Assembly (NCBI GenBank): GCA_031458695.1
Contig: JAVKJW010000024.1
Location: forward strand, 1-36,226
Direction: 5' to 3'
DNA: 36,226 nt
From: Candidatus Thermofontivivens primus
Lineage (GTDB): Bacteria > Sysuimicrobiota > Sysuimicrobiia > Sysuimicrobiales > Thermofontiviventaceae
In this document: in pieces, positions 19,318-28,615 of the stretch
Position numbering within the stretch: position 1 is the stretch's first letter
How the letters are laid out: every line of letters starts with the position of its first letter
Notes under the pieces: model-generated
Seen by the model: only the letters and a program-made list of their open reading frames with translations
What the model was told of the DNA's origin: nothing
The model's database searches: none
Program-made: the position numbers and the translations under genes

Positions 19318-20052
19318 GTGCGGCACATCAAGCTGATCTTGGAATACGACGGGACCCACTACAAGGGCTGGCAACGCCAGAGGAGTACCCCAACGATTCA
19401 GGAAACGTTAGAGAGGGCTATCGCCTCTCTTACGGGCGAGCCCTCTCGGGTAACCGGAGCTGGACGCACCGACGCCGGCGTCCACGCGCTTGGGCAAGTA
19501 GCTACCTTCCGGACGAGAAGCCGGATTCCCGTGACGAAGGTTCCTGAAGCGTTGAACAGCCTTCTCCCCTTAGACATTCGTGTCCTCTGGGCCGAAGAGG
19601 TAGATGAGGGCTTCCATCCCCGCTATCATGCGCGCTCCCGCGTTTACACCTACGTCATCTTAAACCGCCCGACCCCATCCGCTCTCCTCCGTCATTACGC
19701 CTACTACTTCCCTGTTCCCTTAGATACCTATGCAATGGACCAGGGAATCCGGTCCCTCATTGGGCGACACGAGTTCGATGCCTATCGGGCCTTGGGGAGC
19801 AATCCCAAGACAACTTGGTGTACGGTCTTCCGTGCGCACGTCCACAAGTGGCGAGACTTCGTCCTGATCACCATGGAAGCCGACCGGTTCCTTCGCCACA
19901 TGGTCCGGATGATCACAGGGACGCTGATCCGGGTGGGTACCGCAAAGCTCCTTCCGGAAGCAATGGGAGAGTTCCTAAGAAGGAAAGACAACCAGCTCAC
20001 CGGACCAGTAGTCCCACCCCACGGTCTCTACCTAGTCCGGGTCCACTATTGA
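19318..20052 (+). CDS. truA: tRNA pseudouridine(38-40) synthase TruA
   Basis: EYDGTHYKGWQRQ, AGRTDAGVHA, FLRHMVR, GLYLVRVHY. Confidence 0.97.
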   Translation: MRHIKLILEYDGTHYKGWQRQRSTPTIQETLERAIASLTGEPSRVTGAGRTDAGVHALGQVATFRTRSRIPVTKVPEALNSLLPLDIRVLWAEEVDEGFHPRYHARSRVYTYVILNRPTPSALLRHYAYYFPVPLDTYAMDQGIRSLIGRHEFDAYRALGSNPKTTWCTVFRAHVHKWRDFVLITMEADRFLRHMVRMITGTLIRVGTAKLLPEAMGEFLRRKDNQLTGPVVPPHGLYLVRVHY

Positions 20053-20205
20053 AGAGTTCCAGCAAAAGCTTTTTGGGAAGATTTCGTTGCTCCAGTTCCA
20101 AAGGATCTGTCCGCTTTTCGACTTTGCGGAACAGGGTGCCTTTGCCTACATCTTGTGGGGTGAACCACTCTCTGGTTCCGCATGGCCCTCGCGTCTCGAT
20201 AGAGG

Positions 20206-20211
20206 TATAAT
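20206..20211 (+). promoter_or_regulatory. Putative -10 box for the fad operon
   Basis: Perfect TATAAT just upstream of SD GGAGGTGA and the fadN GTG; no convincing -35. Confidence 0.4.
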
Positions 20212-20229
20212 GGGACGGGAGGTGAGAGG

Positions 20230-22623
20230 GTGAGGCAAAGCATCCGCAAGGCGGTTGTCCTGGGCGCGGGGACCATGGGGAGTGCCATCGCCGCCCACCT
20301 TGCCAACGCTGGTGTTCCTACTGTGCTGTTGGATATCGTACCGGGTGAGCTCACCGAGGAGGAGCAGAAAAAGGGGCTCACTTTGCAAAGCCCAGAGGTC
20401 CGGAATCGTCTCGCCACGCAGGCTATTGCCCGTCTCCAGAAGGCTCAACCTCCGGCGTTCTTCTCCCCAGAACGTGCGGGCCTCATCACCGTCGGGAACC
20501 TGGAAGATCACCTCAACGCCGTCTCCGATGCTGACTGGGTGATCGAAGCGGTGATCGAAGTCCTCCCTGTGAAGCAACAATTGATGGAGAAGGTGGAAAG
20601 GTTCTGGCGGCCAGGGACCATAGTGAGTACGAACACTTCCGGTCTCCCTGTCCACCGGATTGTGGAGGATCGATCCCTAGAGTTCCGTCGCCACTTCCTG
20701 GGCACCCACTTCTTCAACCCCCCACGCTACATGCGGCTCCTGGAGATCATCCCAACCAACGACACCGATCCGAAGATCGTGGAGCGCATGAGCCGTGTGG
20801 GGGAGTTCCTCCTGGGGAAGGGGGTCGTCTATGCCAAGGACCGACCGAACTTCATCGCCAACCGCATTGGGACCTATAGCTTCCTCCTTGCTGTCAAGCT
20901 CATGTTAGAGCAAGGACTTACCATTGAGGAAGTGGATGAGCTCACAGGTCCAGCGATTGGGAGACCTCGCACGGGGACGTTCCGTCTCCTCGATCTCGTG
21001 GGTCTGGACATCGCCCTCCACGTGGCCGAAAACGCCTACCGGAATCTCCCCGAGGATGAGGAGCGTGAGATCTACCGCATCCCTGAATTCCTCCGGGTCA
21101 TGGCCGAACGCGGATGGCTTGGAGAGAAAACCGGCGGAGGGTTCTACAAGCGCGTGGACGGAGAGATCTATGCTCTCGACTACACGACCATGGAGTATCG
21201 CCCGCGTAGGAAGGCGAGCTTCCCCTCGGTGGAGGCAGCGAGGAACATCGAGGATATCAAAAAGCGCATCCGGCAACTTATTTTTGCCGAGGACAGGGCT
21301 GGCCGTTACCTCTGGCCGCTCCTCAGTGGGATTCTCGTGTACACCGCTCGGCGGATCCCTGAGATCACCGATGAGATCGTGAACATCGACCGGGCCATGC
21401 GCTGGGGGTTCGGGTGGGAGCTCGGTCCCTTTGAACTCTGGGATGCGCTGGGAGTCCGCGATGTTGCTCAACGCCTGGAGGCGGAGGGAAAGGAGCTCCC
21501 CGCGTTGGTCCAGGCGGTCCTCCGGACCAAAGAGGGGACCTTCTATAGGAAGGGCAATGGAAAGCGGGAGTACTTCGACCTTAGCACCCAGGGCTACCGT
21601 GCAGAAGTGTTCAGTCCCCAGGTGATCGTCCTCTCCTCCCTCCGGGAGCAGGGCAAGGTGGTAGCGAGCAATCCAGGGGCAAGCCTCCTCGACCTCGGGG
21701 ACGGTGTGGCATGCCTGGAGTTTCACACCAAGATGAACACCATCGGAGAGGACATTATCCGGATGCTCCATCAGAGCCTGGAAGAGGTCCGGAAGCACTT
21801 CGACGGGCTTGTCATCGGGAACCAGGGGCGAGACTTCTCCGTTGGCGCGAACCTGATGCTTCTCCTCCTGGAGGCCCAGGAAGGCAACTGGGAGGACCTG
21901 GACCTCGCCGTCCGCCAGTTCCAGCGAGCAGGAATGGCCATCAAATACTTCGACCGCCCTGTCGTGGCAGCCCCCTTTGGGAGAACCCTTGCCGGAGGGT
22001 GCGAGATCTGCCTTGCCGCTCCAAGGATTCAGGCAGCGGCAGAGACCTACATGGGCCTCGTGGAGGTTGGGGTGGGGCTCATCCCAGCCGGCGGCGGGAC
22101 CAAAGAGATGGTGTTGCGCAGCCAGGAGCGCATCCCCGAAGGCGCACCTGCAGATCTCCTGCCCTTCCTCCGGGTCGCCTTCGAGACCATCGCCCTGGCT
22201 AAAGTTTCTACCTCTGCCGAGGACGCCCGGCGCCTGGGGTTCCTCCGGCCCACCGATGGGATCTCTATGAACACCGACCACCTTCTCTACGATGCCAAGC
22301 AGGCCGTCCTGGAGATGGTCCGTACTGGGTACCGTCCCCCCTTCCCCAGGAAGATCAGGGTCGTGGGCGAGCGGGGAAGGGCAGCTATCCTGTCGTACCT
22401 TTATAATATGCGGGTCGGGGAATACATCACACCCTATGAAGAGCACATTGGTCGGAAGCTGGCCTACGTCATGACCGGAGGGGATGTTCCAGAGAACGCT
22501 CTGGTGACGGAGGAGTACCTCCTGGATCTCGAGCGCGAAGCCTTCCTGAGTTTGCTTGGCGAGCCCAAGACCCAGGAGAGGATACGCCACATGCTGCAGA
22601 CAGGCAAACCTCTGAGAAATTAG
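20230..22623 (+). CDS. fadN: 3-hydroxyacyl-CoA dehydrogenase / enoyl-CoA hydratase (Bacillus FadN-type)
   Basis: VLGAGTMG NAD motif, HFFNPPRYM, FIANRIG; C-terminal crotonase FSVGANL/GGCE; ends TGKPLRN. Confidence 0.93.
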   Translation: MRQSIRKAVVLGAGTMGSAIAAHLANAGVPTVLLDIVPGELTEEEQKKGLTLQSPEVRNRLATQAIARLQKAQPPAFFSPERAGLITVGNLEDHLNAVSDADWVIEAVIEVLPVKQQLMEKVERFWRPGTIVSTNTSGLPVHRIVEDRSLEFRRHFLGTHFFNPPRYMRLLEIIPTNDTDPKIVERMSRVGEFLLGKGVVYAKDRPNFIANRIGTYSFLLAVKLMLEQGLTIEEVDELTGPAIGRPRTGTFRLLDLVGLDIALHVAENAYRNLPEDEEREIYRIPEFLRVMAERGWLGEKTGGGFYKRVDGEIYALDYTTMEYRPRRKASFPSVEAARNIEDIKKRIRQLIFAEDRAGRYLWPLLSGILVYTARRIPEITDEIVNIDRAMRWGFGWELGPFELWDALGVRDVAQRLEAEGKELPALVQAVLRTKEGTFYRKGNGKREYFDLSTQGYRAEVFSPQVIVLSSLREQGKVVASNPGASLLDLGDGVACLEFHTKMNTIGEDIIRMLHQSLEEVRKHFDGLVIGNQGRDFSVGANLMLLLLEAQEGNWEDLDLAVRQFQRAGMAIKYFDRPVVAAPFGRTLAGGCEICLAAPRIQAAAETYMGLVEVGVGLIPAGGGTKEMVLRSQERIPEGAPADLLPFLRVAFETIALAKVSTSAEDARRLGFLRPTDGISMNTDHLLYDAKQAVLEMVRTGYRPPFPRKIRVVGERGRAAILSYLYNMRVGEYITPYEEHIGRKLAYVMTGGDVPENALVTEEYLLDLEREAFLSLLGEPKTQERIRHMLQTGKPLRN

Positions 22624-22741
22624 TGGATGCACCCCTGTACGATCCACAATCCAAGACATCCCCTGGTAAAGGGAGAGGACGAACGTGCCTGTCGTGGAGG
22701 GTTCTCTGTCCATAGGGGAAGGTGAAGGGAGGGTTGTCAAG

Positions 22742-23953
22742 ATGCCCAAGCGCGCAACCAGGAAGAAATCTCGCCGACCTCGCGAGGCGGTGATTGTCTC
22801 GGCGGTTCGCACGGCGGTGGGAAAAGCGCCACGTGGCTCGTTGAAGGATACGAGGCCTGACGAGATGGCTGCAGCGGTGATCCAGGAGGCTGTGCGCAGG
22901 GTGGATGGCTTGGCACCAGAGGAGATCGACGATGTGATCCTGGGCTGCGCTATGCCCGAAGGCGAACAAGGACTGAACGTTGCCAGGATCGCCTTGCTCC
23001 GCGCAGGGCTTCCGTACACTGTCCCTGGCCAGACCATCAACCGCTTTTGTTCCTCCGGCCTCCAGGCGATTGCCATTGCCGCGGAGAGAATCATGGCGGG
23101 GTTTGCCGACGTGATCGTGGCTGGGGGCGTAGAGAGCATGAGCATGGTCCCCATGACAGGGAACAAGTATGCTCCCAATCCCTATCTCGCAGAGCACTAC
23201 CCTGAGGTCTATACCTCTATGGGGCTCACAGCAGAGATCCTCGCAAAGCGGTTCGGGATCACCCGCCAGGAAGCTGACGAATACAGCTACCACAGCCACA
23301 TGAAGGCGGCGCGGGCGATCCAGGAAGGGAAGTTCAAAGAGGAGATCGTCCCCCTCAAGGTGCGGCGCTGGGAGGAAGGGGATGGACGCCCGGTGGTCAA
23401 GGAATTCGTGTTTGAGGTGGACGAGGGGGTACGGTACGACACGAGCCTTGAAGCGTTAGCCAGCCTGCCCCCGGTGTTCGCTCAGAACGGGATCGTCACC
23501 GCCGGGAACTCCTCCCAGACCAGCGATGGAGCGGCGGCGGTTGTGGTGATGTCAAGCGAGCGGGCAGAGGCTATGGGCTTGAAACCGCTGGCGGTCTTCC
23601 GTGCCTATGCTGTGGCCGGGGTTCCTCCAGAGATCATGGGCATCGGTCCTGTGGAAGCAATCCCCAAGGCGCTGAAGCTCGCAGGGATCCGTCTCCAGGA
23701 TGTGGACCTGATTGAGCTCAACGAGGCGTTTGCCGTACAGGTCCTAGCGGTGGTCCGCCAGCTTGAGCTTGACACGGGAATCCTCAACGTCAATGGTGGG
23801 GCCATTGCGCTGGGGCATCCTCTGGGGTGCACGGGGGCGAAGCTCACCGCAACCCTCCTCTATGAGATGGCCAGGCGAGGGGCGCGGTACGGAGTTGTGA
23901 CCATGTGCATCGGCGGGGGGATGGGTGCCGCAGGCGTATTTGAACGTGTCTAA
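22742..23953 (+). CDS. fadA: Acetyl-CoA C-acyltransferase (thiolase)
   Basis: [24 protein letters not shown] catalytic motifs; ATG 22742 preferred. Confidence 0.94.
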   Translation: MPKRATRKKSRRPREAVIVSAVRTAVGKAPRGSLKDTRPDEMAAAVIQEAVRRVDGLAPEEIDDVILGCAMPEGEQGLNVARIALLRAGLPYTVPGQTINRFCSSGLQAIAIAAERIMAGFADVIVAGGVESMSMVPMTGNKYAPNPYLAEHYPEVYTSMGLTAEILAKRFGITRQEADEYSYHSHMKAARAIQEGKFKEEIVPLKVRRWEEGDGRPVVKEFVFEVDEGVRYDTSLEALASLPPVFAQNGIVTAGNSSQTSDGAAAVVVMSSERAEAMGLKPLAVFRAYAVAGVPPEIMGIGPVEAIPKALKLAGIRLQDVDLIELNEAFAVQVLAVVRQLELDTGILNVNGGAIALGHPLGCTGAKLTATLLYEMARRGARYGVVTMCIGGGMGAAGVFERV

Positions 23954-23954
23954 C

Positions 23955-23983
23955 GTAGGGGCACGGGGCCGCCGTGCCCTTAC
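23955..23983 (+). repeat. GTAG-type REP palindrome
   Basis: gtaggggcacgg-ggccg-ccgtgcccttac: 12-bp stem with one G-T pair. Confidence 0.8.
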
Positions 23984-24016
23984 AGAGTCACCTTCCGCGT
24001 GCCGCGTATGGCACAA

Positions 24017-24060
24017 AGACGCAAGAACGCGATAGACGCAACAAACGCGATAAACGCGAG
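24017..24060 (+). repeat. Approx. 9-nt tandem array with ACGC core, 5 units
   Basis: agacgcaag aacgcgat agacgcaac aaacgcgat aaacgcgag, ending just before the fadE SD. Confidence 0.8.
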
Positions 24061-24076
24061 ATGGAGGTGAAGATTC

Positions 24077-25852
24077 GTGGGAGAGAGGACAGTAGCAGGG
24101 ATCCCTGCAGGAGGGAGCTTTCTCATCGAGACTCCGGAGCACGGGGAGGTGTTCACGCCTGAGGACTTCACCGAAGAGCACAAGATGATCGCCCAAACAG
24201 TCCGTGACTTCGAGGAGCAGGAAGTCCTACCGAACTTAGAGCGCCTCGAGCATCAGGACTGGGAGTTGACCAGGACGCTTTTGCGCAAGCTCGGCGACCT
24301 CGGGCTTCTCGGCATCGACGTGCCCGAAGAGTATGGTGGTTCCGGCCTCGATAAGATTACATCTCTGATCGTCGCCGAGAACATGCGGAGTGCCTCGTTC
24401 TCCGTCTCCTTCGGCGCCCACGTGGGCATCGGAACCCTCCCCATTGTCTTCTTCGGGAACGAGGACCAAAAGCGGCGCTATCTCCCGGCCATGGCCAGGG
24501 GCGAGAAGATTGGCGCCTATGCTCTCACCGAGCCCACGGCAGGGTCCGATGCCCTGGCCATCCGGACGCGGGCCACGTTGAGCGAGGATGGGAAGTTCTA
24601 TCTCCTCACTGGGACGAAGCAGTTTATCACCAACGCTGCCTTTGCCGATGTGTTCATCACGTACGCCAAGGTGGATGGTGAGAAGTTCACCTGCTTCATT
24701 GTGGACCGTGACACTCCTGGCTTCACCATCGGCCCGGAGGAAAAGAAGATGGGGATCAAAGGTTCCTCCACCGCCAGCCTCTCCTTCGAGGGCGCGAAAG
24801 TTCCCGTGGAGAACGTCCTGGGGGAAGTCGGGCGCGGTCACGTGGTCGCGTTCAACATCCTGAACATGGGACGGTTCAAGCTCGGGGCTGGGTGCATGGG
24901 GGCCAGCAAGGCGATGCTCCAAGAGGCTGTGAGCTATGCCAAGCAAAGGGTGCAGTTCGGGAAACCCATCTGCCAGTTCGGCCTGATCCAACACAAGCTG
25001 GCGGAGATGGCTATCCGGACCTACATGGCCGAGAGCATGGTCTACCGCACCGGTGGCCTCGTCCAGCGGGCGCTCGAAGGGACGCAAGGGAAGGGAGAGG
25101 ACGTGGTCCGGGCCCTAGAGGAGTATGCCGTGGAGTGCTCCATCAACAAGGTCTATGCCTCGGAAGTTCTCGACTACGTCGTGGACGAGGCGGTACAGAT
25201 CTACGGGGGGTATGGGTTCATCGAGGAGTACCCCACGGCGCGGGCGTACCGCGATGCTCGGATCAACCGCATCTTTGAAGGCACCAATGAGATCAACCGG
25301 CTCCTCATCCCTGGAATGCTCCTGCGCCGCGCCCAGAGGGGAAGGCTCCCGCTCTTCGCTGCTGCGCAGAAGATTGCAGAGGAGCTGCTGGCCCCAGCGC
25401 CGGCTGAGGTCGCGGGGGAGGGACCGCTTGCAGAGGAACGGCGCTTGGTGGAGATGGCCAAAAAGGCGACACTGTTCGCGAGCGGGGTAGCCGTCCAGAA
25501 GTACATGGAAGGGATCGAGGAGCAGCAGGAGATCCTAGGATGGATCGCGGACATGATCATGGAGGTCTATGCTATGGAGAGCGGCCTTCTCCGCGCCTTC
25601 AAGGCCATCTCTCGTGAAGGAGAGGCCGCGGCGAACCAAAAGATCGCCATGGTCCGGGCGTACATCTACGACGCCATCCCCAGGATCGAGCAGCTCGGAA
25701 GACAGGTACTTGCGGCGACGGAGCAAGGAGATACCCTGCGTACCCAGCTTGCGGGGCTGCGCAGGTTCCTCCGGTATACACCAGTCAACACCGTTGCCCT
25801 GCGCCGGGCAATCGCCGAACGGGTTATCGCGGCGGGTGGCTACGTCGCCTAG
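24077..25852 (+). CDS. fadE: Acyl-CoA dehydrogenase (long, Bacillus FadE-type)
   Basis: YALTEPTAGSDA, KMGIKGSST, QIYGGYG, RIFEGTNEINR; SD GGAGGTGA. Confidence 0.93.
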   Translation: MGERTVAGIPAGGSFLIETPEHGEVFTPEDFTEEHKMIAQTVRDFEEQEVLPNLERLEHQDWELTRTLLRKLGDLGLLGIDVPEEYGGSGLDKITSLIVAENMRSASFSVSFGAHVGIGTLPIVFFGNEDQKRRYLPAMARGEKIGAYALTEPTAGSDALAIRTRATLSEDGKFYLLTGTKQFITNAAFADVFITYAKVDGEKFTCFIVDRDTPGFTIGPEEKKMGIKGSSTASLSFEGAKVPVENVLGEVGRGHVVAFNILNMGRFKLGAGCMGASKAMLQEAVSYAKQRVQFGKPICQFGLIQHKLAEMAIRTYMAESMVYRTGGLVQRALEGTQGKGEDVVRALEEYAVECSINKVYASEVLDYVVDEAVQIYGGYGFIEEYPTARAYRDARINRIFEGTNEINRLLIPGMLLRRAQRGRLPLFAAAQKIAEELLAPAPAEVAGEGPLAEERRLVEMAKKATLFASGVAVQKYMEGIEEQQEILGWIADMIMEVYAMESGLLRAFKAISREGEAAANQKIAMVRAYIYDAIPRIEQLGRQVLAATEQGDTLRTQLAGLRRFLRYTPVNTVALRRAIAERVIAAGGYVA

Positions 25853-25948
25853 CAGGGACGCGCAGTCAGTTCCGGGTTGGCAAGGGAACAGGTTTGCATG
25901 TTCTCTTGAACCGAGCACAACGTGGAACCTGTAACCTGAAAATGTTTT

Positions 25949-25957
25949 TGGTATAAT
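25949..25957 (+). promoter_or_regulatory. Extended -10 promoter for the tRNA
   Basis: TG-G-TATAAT 12 nt upstream of the tRNA 5' end, in an AT-rich patch. Confidence 0.6.
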
Positions 25958-25969
25958 TTTTGGTAAGGT

Positions 25970-26044
25970 GGGCCCGTAGCTCAACGGCAGAGCAGCGCCC
26001 TCATAAGGCGTTGGTTCCAGGTTCGAATCCTGGCGGGCCCACCA
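25970..26044 (+). tRNA. tRNA with CAT anticodon, probably tRNA-Ile2 (lysidine-modified) rather than Met
   Basis: Acceptor GGGCCCG/CGGGCCC plus ACCA, anticodon arm GCGCC-CTCATAA-GGCGT, T-loop GTTCGAATC. Paired 1:72 excludes fMet; the Ile2 versus elongator Met call is an inference from the GGGCCC acceptor stem. Confidence 0.93.
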
Positions 26045-26115
26045 GCTTTTCTTTTTGAGGCTCTCCTCAAGGTTTTACCCTCCTTATGATGCGTCCCACC
26101 CTTTATGAGAGGATC

Positions 26116-26142
26116 GTAGGAGGTAGGCCCCTCTACCTGCCC
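26116..26142 (+). repeat. Degenerate GTAG-type REP-like hairpin
   Basis: gtagg-aggtag-gcccct-ctacct-gccc; resembles 3321..3347. Confidence 0.45.
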
Positions 26143-26209
26143 GAGGAGAGATCTCCAGAAGGTATTCTGGGGGGAAGCGTATAAATGAAAGTTTGTAGCC
26201 GTACAGGAG

Positions 26210-28558
26210 GTGATTCTTACGCGCGCCCTCCGCATCGTGGCTTCTGTCCTCATCGTCCTGCTCGCTCTCCTCGCTGCGACCAGCATCTACCTCATCCGGC
26301 GCCCGTTCCCTCAGATTTCAGGGAGTGTTCGTGTCCAGGGACTCCAGGCAGAGGTCCAGGTGATCCGAGACCGCTGGGGGATCCCCCATATCTTCGCACA
26401 GGACGAACGTGACCTCTTCTTTGCCCAGGGCTATGTCCACGCCCAGGACCGACTGTGGCAGATGGAGCTGAGCAGAAGGGTAGCGAGTGGCCGCCTTTCG
26501 GAGATCTTCGGCGAAGTGACCCTGGACACGGACCGGTTCTTCCGCACCCTCGGCCTCCGTAGGGTTGCCGAGGAGGAGGTCCGTTTGCTGAACCCGCAAC
26601 AGCGCGAGATCCTTGAGGCGTATAGCGCCGGTGTGAACGCCTACATCACCACACACAGGCGACGGCTGCCCCTGGAGTTCACGATCCTGCGCTTGACCCC
26701 CGAGCCATGGACTCCTGCGGATTCCCTGGTCTTCGGGAAACTGATGAGCTGGGTGTTGGGAGGAAACTGGAAAGCGGAGCTGCTGCGCGCCGCCCTGATT
26801 GCCCGTTTCGGTGAGGAGGGAGCCAAAAAGCTCCTCCCGCCCTATCCGGAAGATGCGCCGATCATCGTCCCAGAGGAGGCTAGGGCGTACTACCAAGCGG
26901 TACACCCGGACGCCCTGTGGGCCGTCCCAGGCTTTCTCCCTTCCACCGGGATTGGGAGCAACAACTGGGTTGTGGCGGGATCGAGGACGGCTACTGGAGC
27001 GCCGTTGCTGGCCAATGACCCTCACCTAGAGGGTCAGATGCCCTCGATCTGGTACGAGGCCCACTTGGTGGGAGGGAGGTTTGACGTCATCGGAGCCACC
27101 TTCGCTGGTGTGCCCGGTGTGATCATCGGGCATAACAGGCACATCGCCTGGGGCGTCACCAACGTGGGTCCCGATGTTCAGGATCTGTACCTGGAACGTC
27201 TCCACCCCAACGATCCCACCAGGTACCTGTTCCGGGGGAACTGGGAACCCCTTCGCATCGTTCGAGAGGAGATCCGTGTCAAGAGGCGAGCCGAGCCGTT
27301 TGTGGAGGAGGTGCGCCTCACCCGGCACGGGCCGATCCTGAACAACGTCATAGAAGGGCTTCCTGGATACGTTGCCCTCCGTTGGACGGCGCTCCAGCCA
27401 AACAGGCTCTACGAGGCGGTCATCGGGATCAACTTGGCCAGGAACTGGCAGGAGTTCCGGGAGGCGCTCAGGAAGTGGGCCGTCCCTTCCCAGAACTTCA
27501 TCTACGCTGACATCCAGGGGAACATCGGGTACCAGATGCCAGGCCTCGTGCCCATCCGGGCCAAGGGGAATGGCCTTGTTCCAGTCCCAGGCTGGACAGG
27601 GGAGTACGAGTGGGTGGGGTTCATCCCCTTCGAGGAGCTGCCCTCGCGCTTCAATCCCAAGCCTGGGTACATCATCACCGCGAACAACAGGGTTCCCCCG
27701 CCGAGGTACCGCTACTTCATCTCCGCGGAGTGGGATCCAGGGTTCCGGGCGAAGCGCATTGAGCAGCTCCTCACGGAGAAGGAGAAGTTGGACATCCCGG
27801 ATTTCCAGAGGATCCAGCGCGATGTGCTTTCGTTGGTGGCCCGGATCGTCCTCCCTCGCCTGGAGAAGTTGAATCCCCAGGATCCCAAAGCGCAGAAGGC
27901 CCTGGAGTTGCTGAAGGGATGGGACGGCCTCCTGAGCCCTGAGAGCACGGCCGCCGCCGTCTACGAGGCATTCATGGTCAAGCTCCCGGAGGTGCTCTTC
28001 AAGGATGTCTTGGGCAAGGAAGTCTACGATGTGTACCGCAAGGCGTATTGGCTTCAGGTCCCGGCTACCCTGGACCTCCTCGGGGACCCTCCATCGGGAT
28101 GGTGGCAGGGGGATCAGGGGAAAGTCCTGGAGAAGGCTCTTGCCGCTGCTTACGAGGAGCTTGAGGAGCGCCTAGGGAAGGATCCCAAGCAGTGGAGATG
28201 GGGGACGCTTCATCAACCTCGATTCACCCACGCCCTTGGCCGCCTCCCCGTGCTGGCCTGGATCTTTAATGCCACCCCTCCTCCCACGGGCGGGGATGGG
28301 TTCACAGTGAATAACGGCGGGTATGATCCCGATCGGCCTTTCCGGCAGACCATCGTGGCCTCCTACCGCCAGATCTTGGACCTCGCCGACTGGGATCGGT
28401 CCCTTGCCATGCATACCACGGGACAATCGGGTTTGCCCTTCCACAGGCATTACCGAGATTTCGTCTCGCTGTGGGCGAAGGGAGAGTATCACCCCTTGCT
28501 GTTCTCGCGGGCGCGCATCGAGGCGTCTGCGGAAGGCCGCCTCGTCCTCAGGCCCTAA
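26210..28558 (+). CDS. Penicillin acylase / acyl-amide acylase family Ntn-hydrolase with N-terminal membrane anchor
   Basis: RDRWGIPHI, AQDRLWQM, GSNNW nucleophile site, LANDPHL, GQSG motifs; hydrophobic N-terminus. Confidence 0.92.
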   Translation: MILTRALRIVASVLIVLLALLAATSIYLIRRPFPQISGSVRVQGLQAEVQVIRDRWGIPHIFAQDERDLFFAQGYVHAQDRLWQMELSRRVASGRLSEIFGEVTLDTDRFFRTLGLRRVAEEEVRLLNPQQREILEAYSAGVNAYITTHRRRLPLEFTILRLTPEPWTPADSLVFGKLMSWVLGGNWKAELLRAALIARFGEEGAKKLLPPYPEDAPIIVPEEARAYYQAVHPDALWAVPGFLPSTGIGSNNWVVAGSRTATGAPLLANDPHLEGQMPSIWYEAHLVGGRFDVIGATFAGVPGVIIGHNRHIAWGVTNVGPDVQDLYLERLHPNDPTRYLFRGNWEPLRIVREEIRVKRRAEPFVEEVRLTRHGPILNNVIEGLPGYVALRWTALQPNRLYEAVIGINLARNWQEFREALRKWAVPSQNFIYADIQGNIGYQMPGLVPIRAKGNGLVPVPGWTGEYEWVGFIPFEELPSRFNPKPGYIITANNRVPPPRYRYFISAEWDPGFRAKRIEQLLTEKEKLDIPDFQRIQRDVLSLVARIVLPRLEKLNPQDPKAQKALELLKGWDGLLSPESTAAAVYEAFMVKLPEVLFKDVLGKEVYDVYRKAYWLQVPATLDLLGDPPSGWWQGDQGKVLEKALAAAYEELEERLGKDPKQWRWGTLHQPRFTHALGRLPVLAWIFNATPPPTGGDGFTVNNGGYDPDRPFRQTIVASYRQILDLADWDRSLAMHTTGQSGLPFHRHYRDFVSLWAKGEYHPLLFSRARIEASAEGRLVLRP

Positions 28559-28615
28559 GAGGGAAAGGAGACAGGGGAAGGGAAATAGGAAAAGTGAGAT
28601 GGGAGGGAGATCACC

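Noticed and set aside
22402..22407. TATAAT inside fadN
   Set aside because: It lies in coding sequence (L-Y-N) with no -35 and is far from a start codon
20905..23178. 757-aa minus-strand ORF and other long antisense ORFs (3794..4906, 5711..6790, 9928..10956, 28823..30061)
   Set aside because: They are shadows of well-supported plus-strand genes in GC-rich DNA and show no recognisable motifs
25970..26044. Initiator tRNA-fMet
   Set aside because: Position 1:72 is paired and the three consecutive G-C pairs of the initiator anticodon stem are absent
26082..26112. ccttatga and ctttatgag downstream of the tRNA, complementary to its anticodon arm
   Set aside because: Only 8-9 nt matches, compatible with chance
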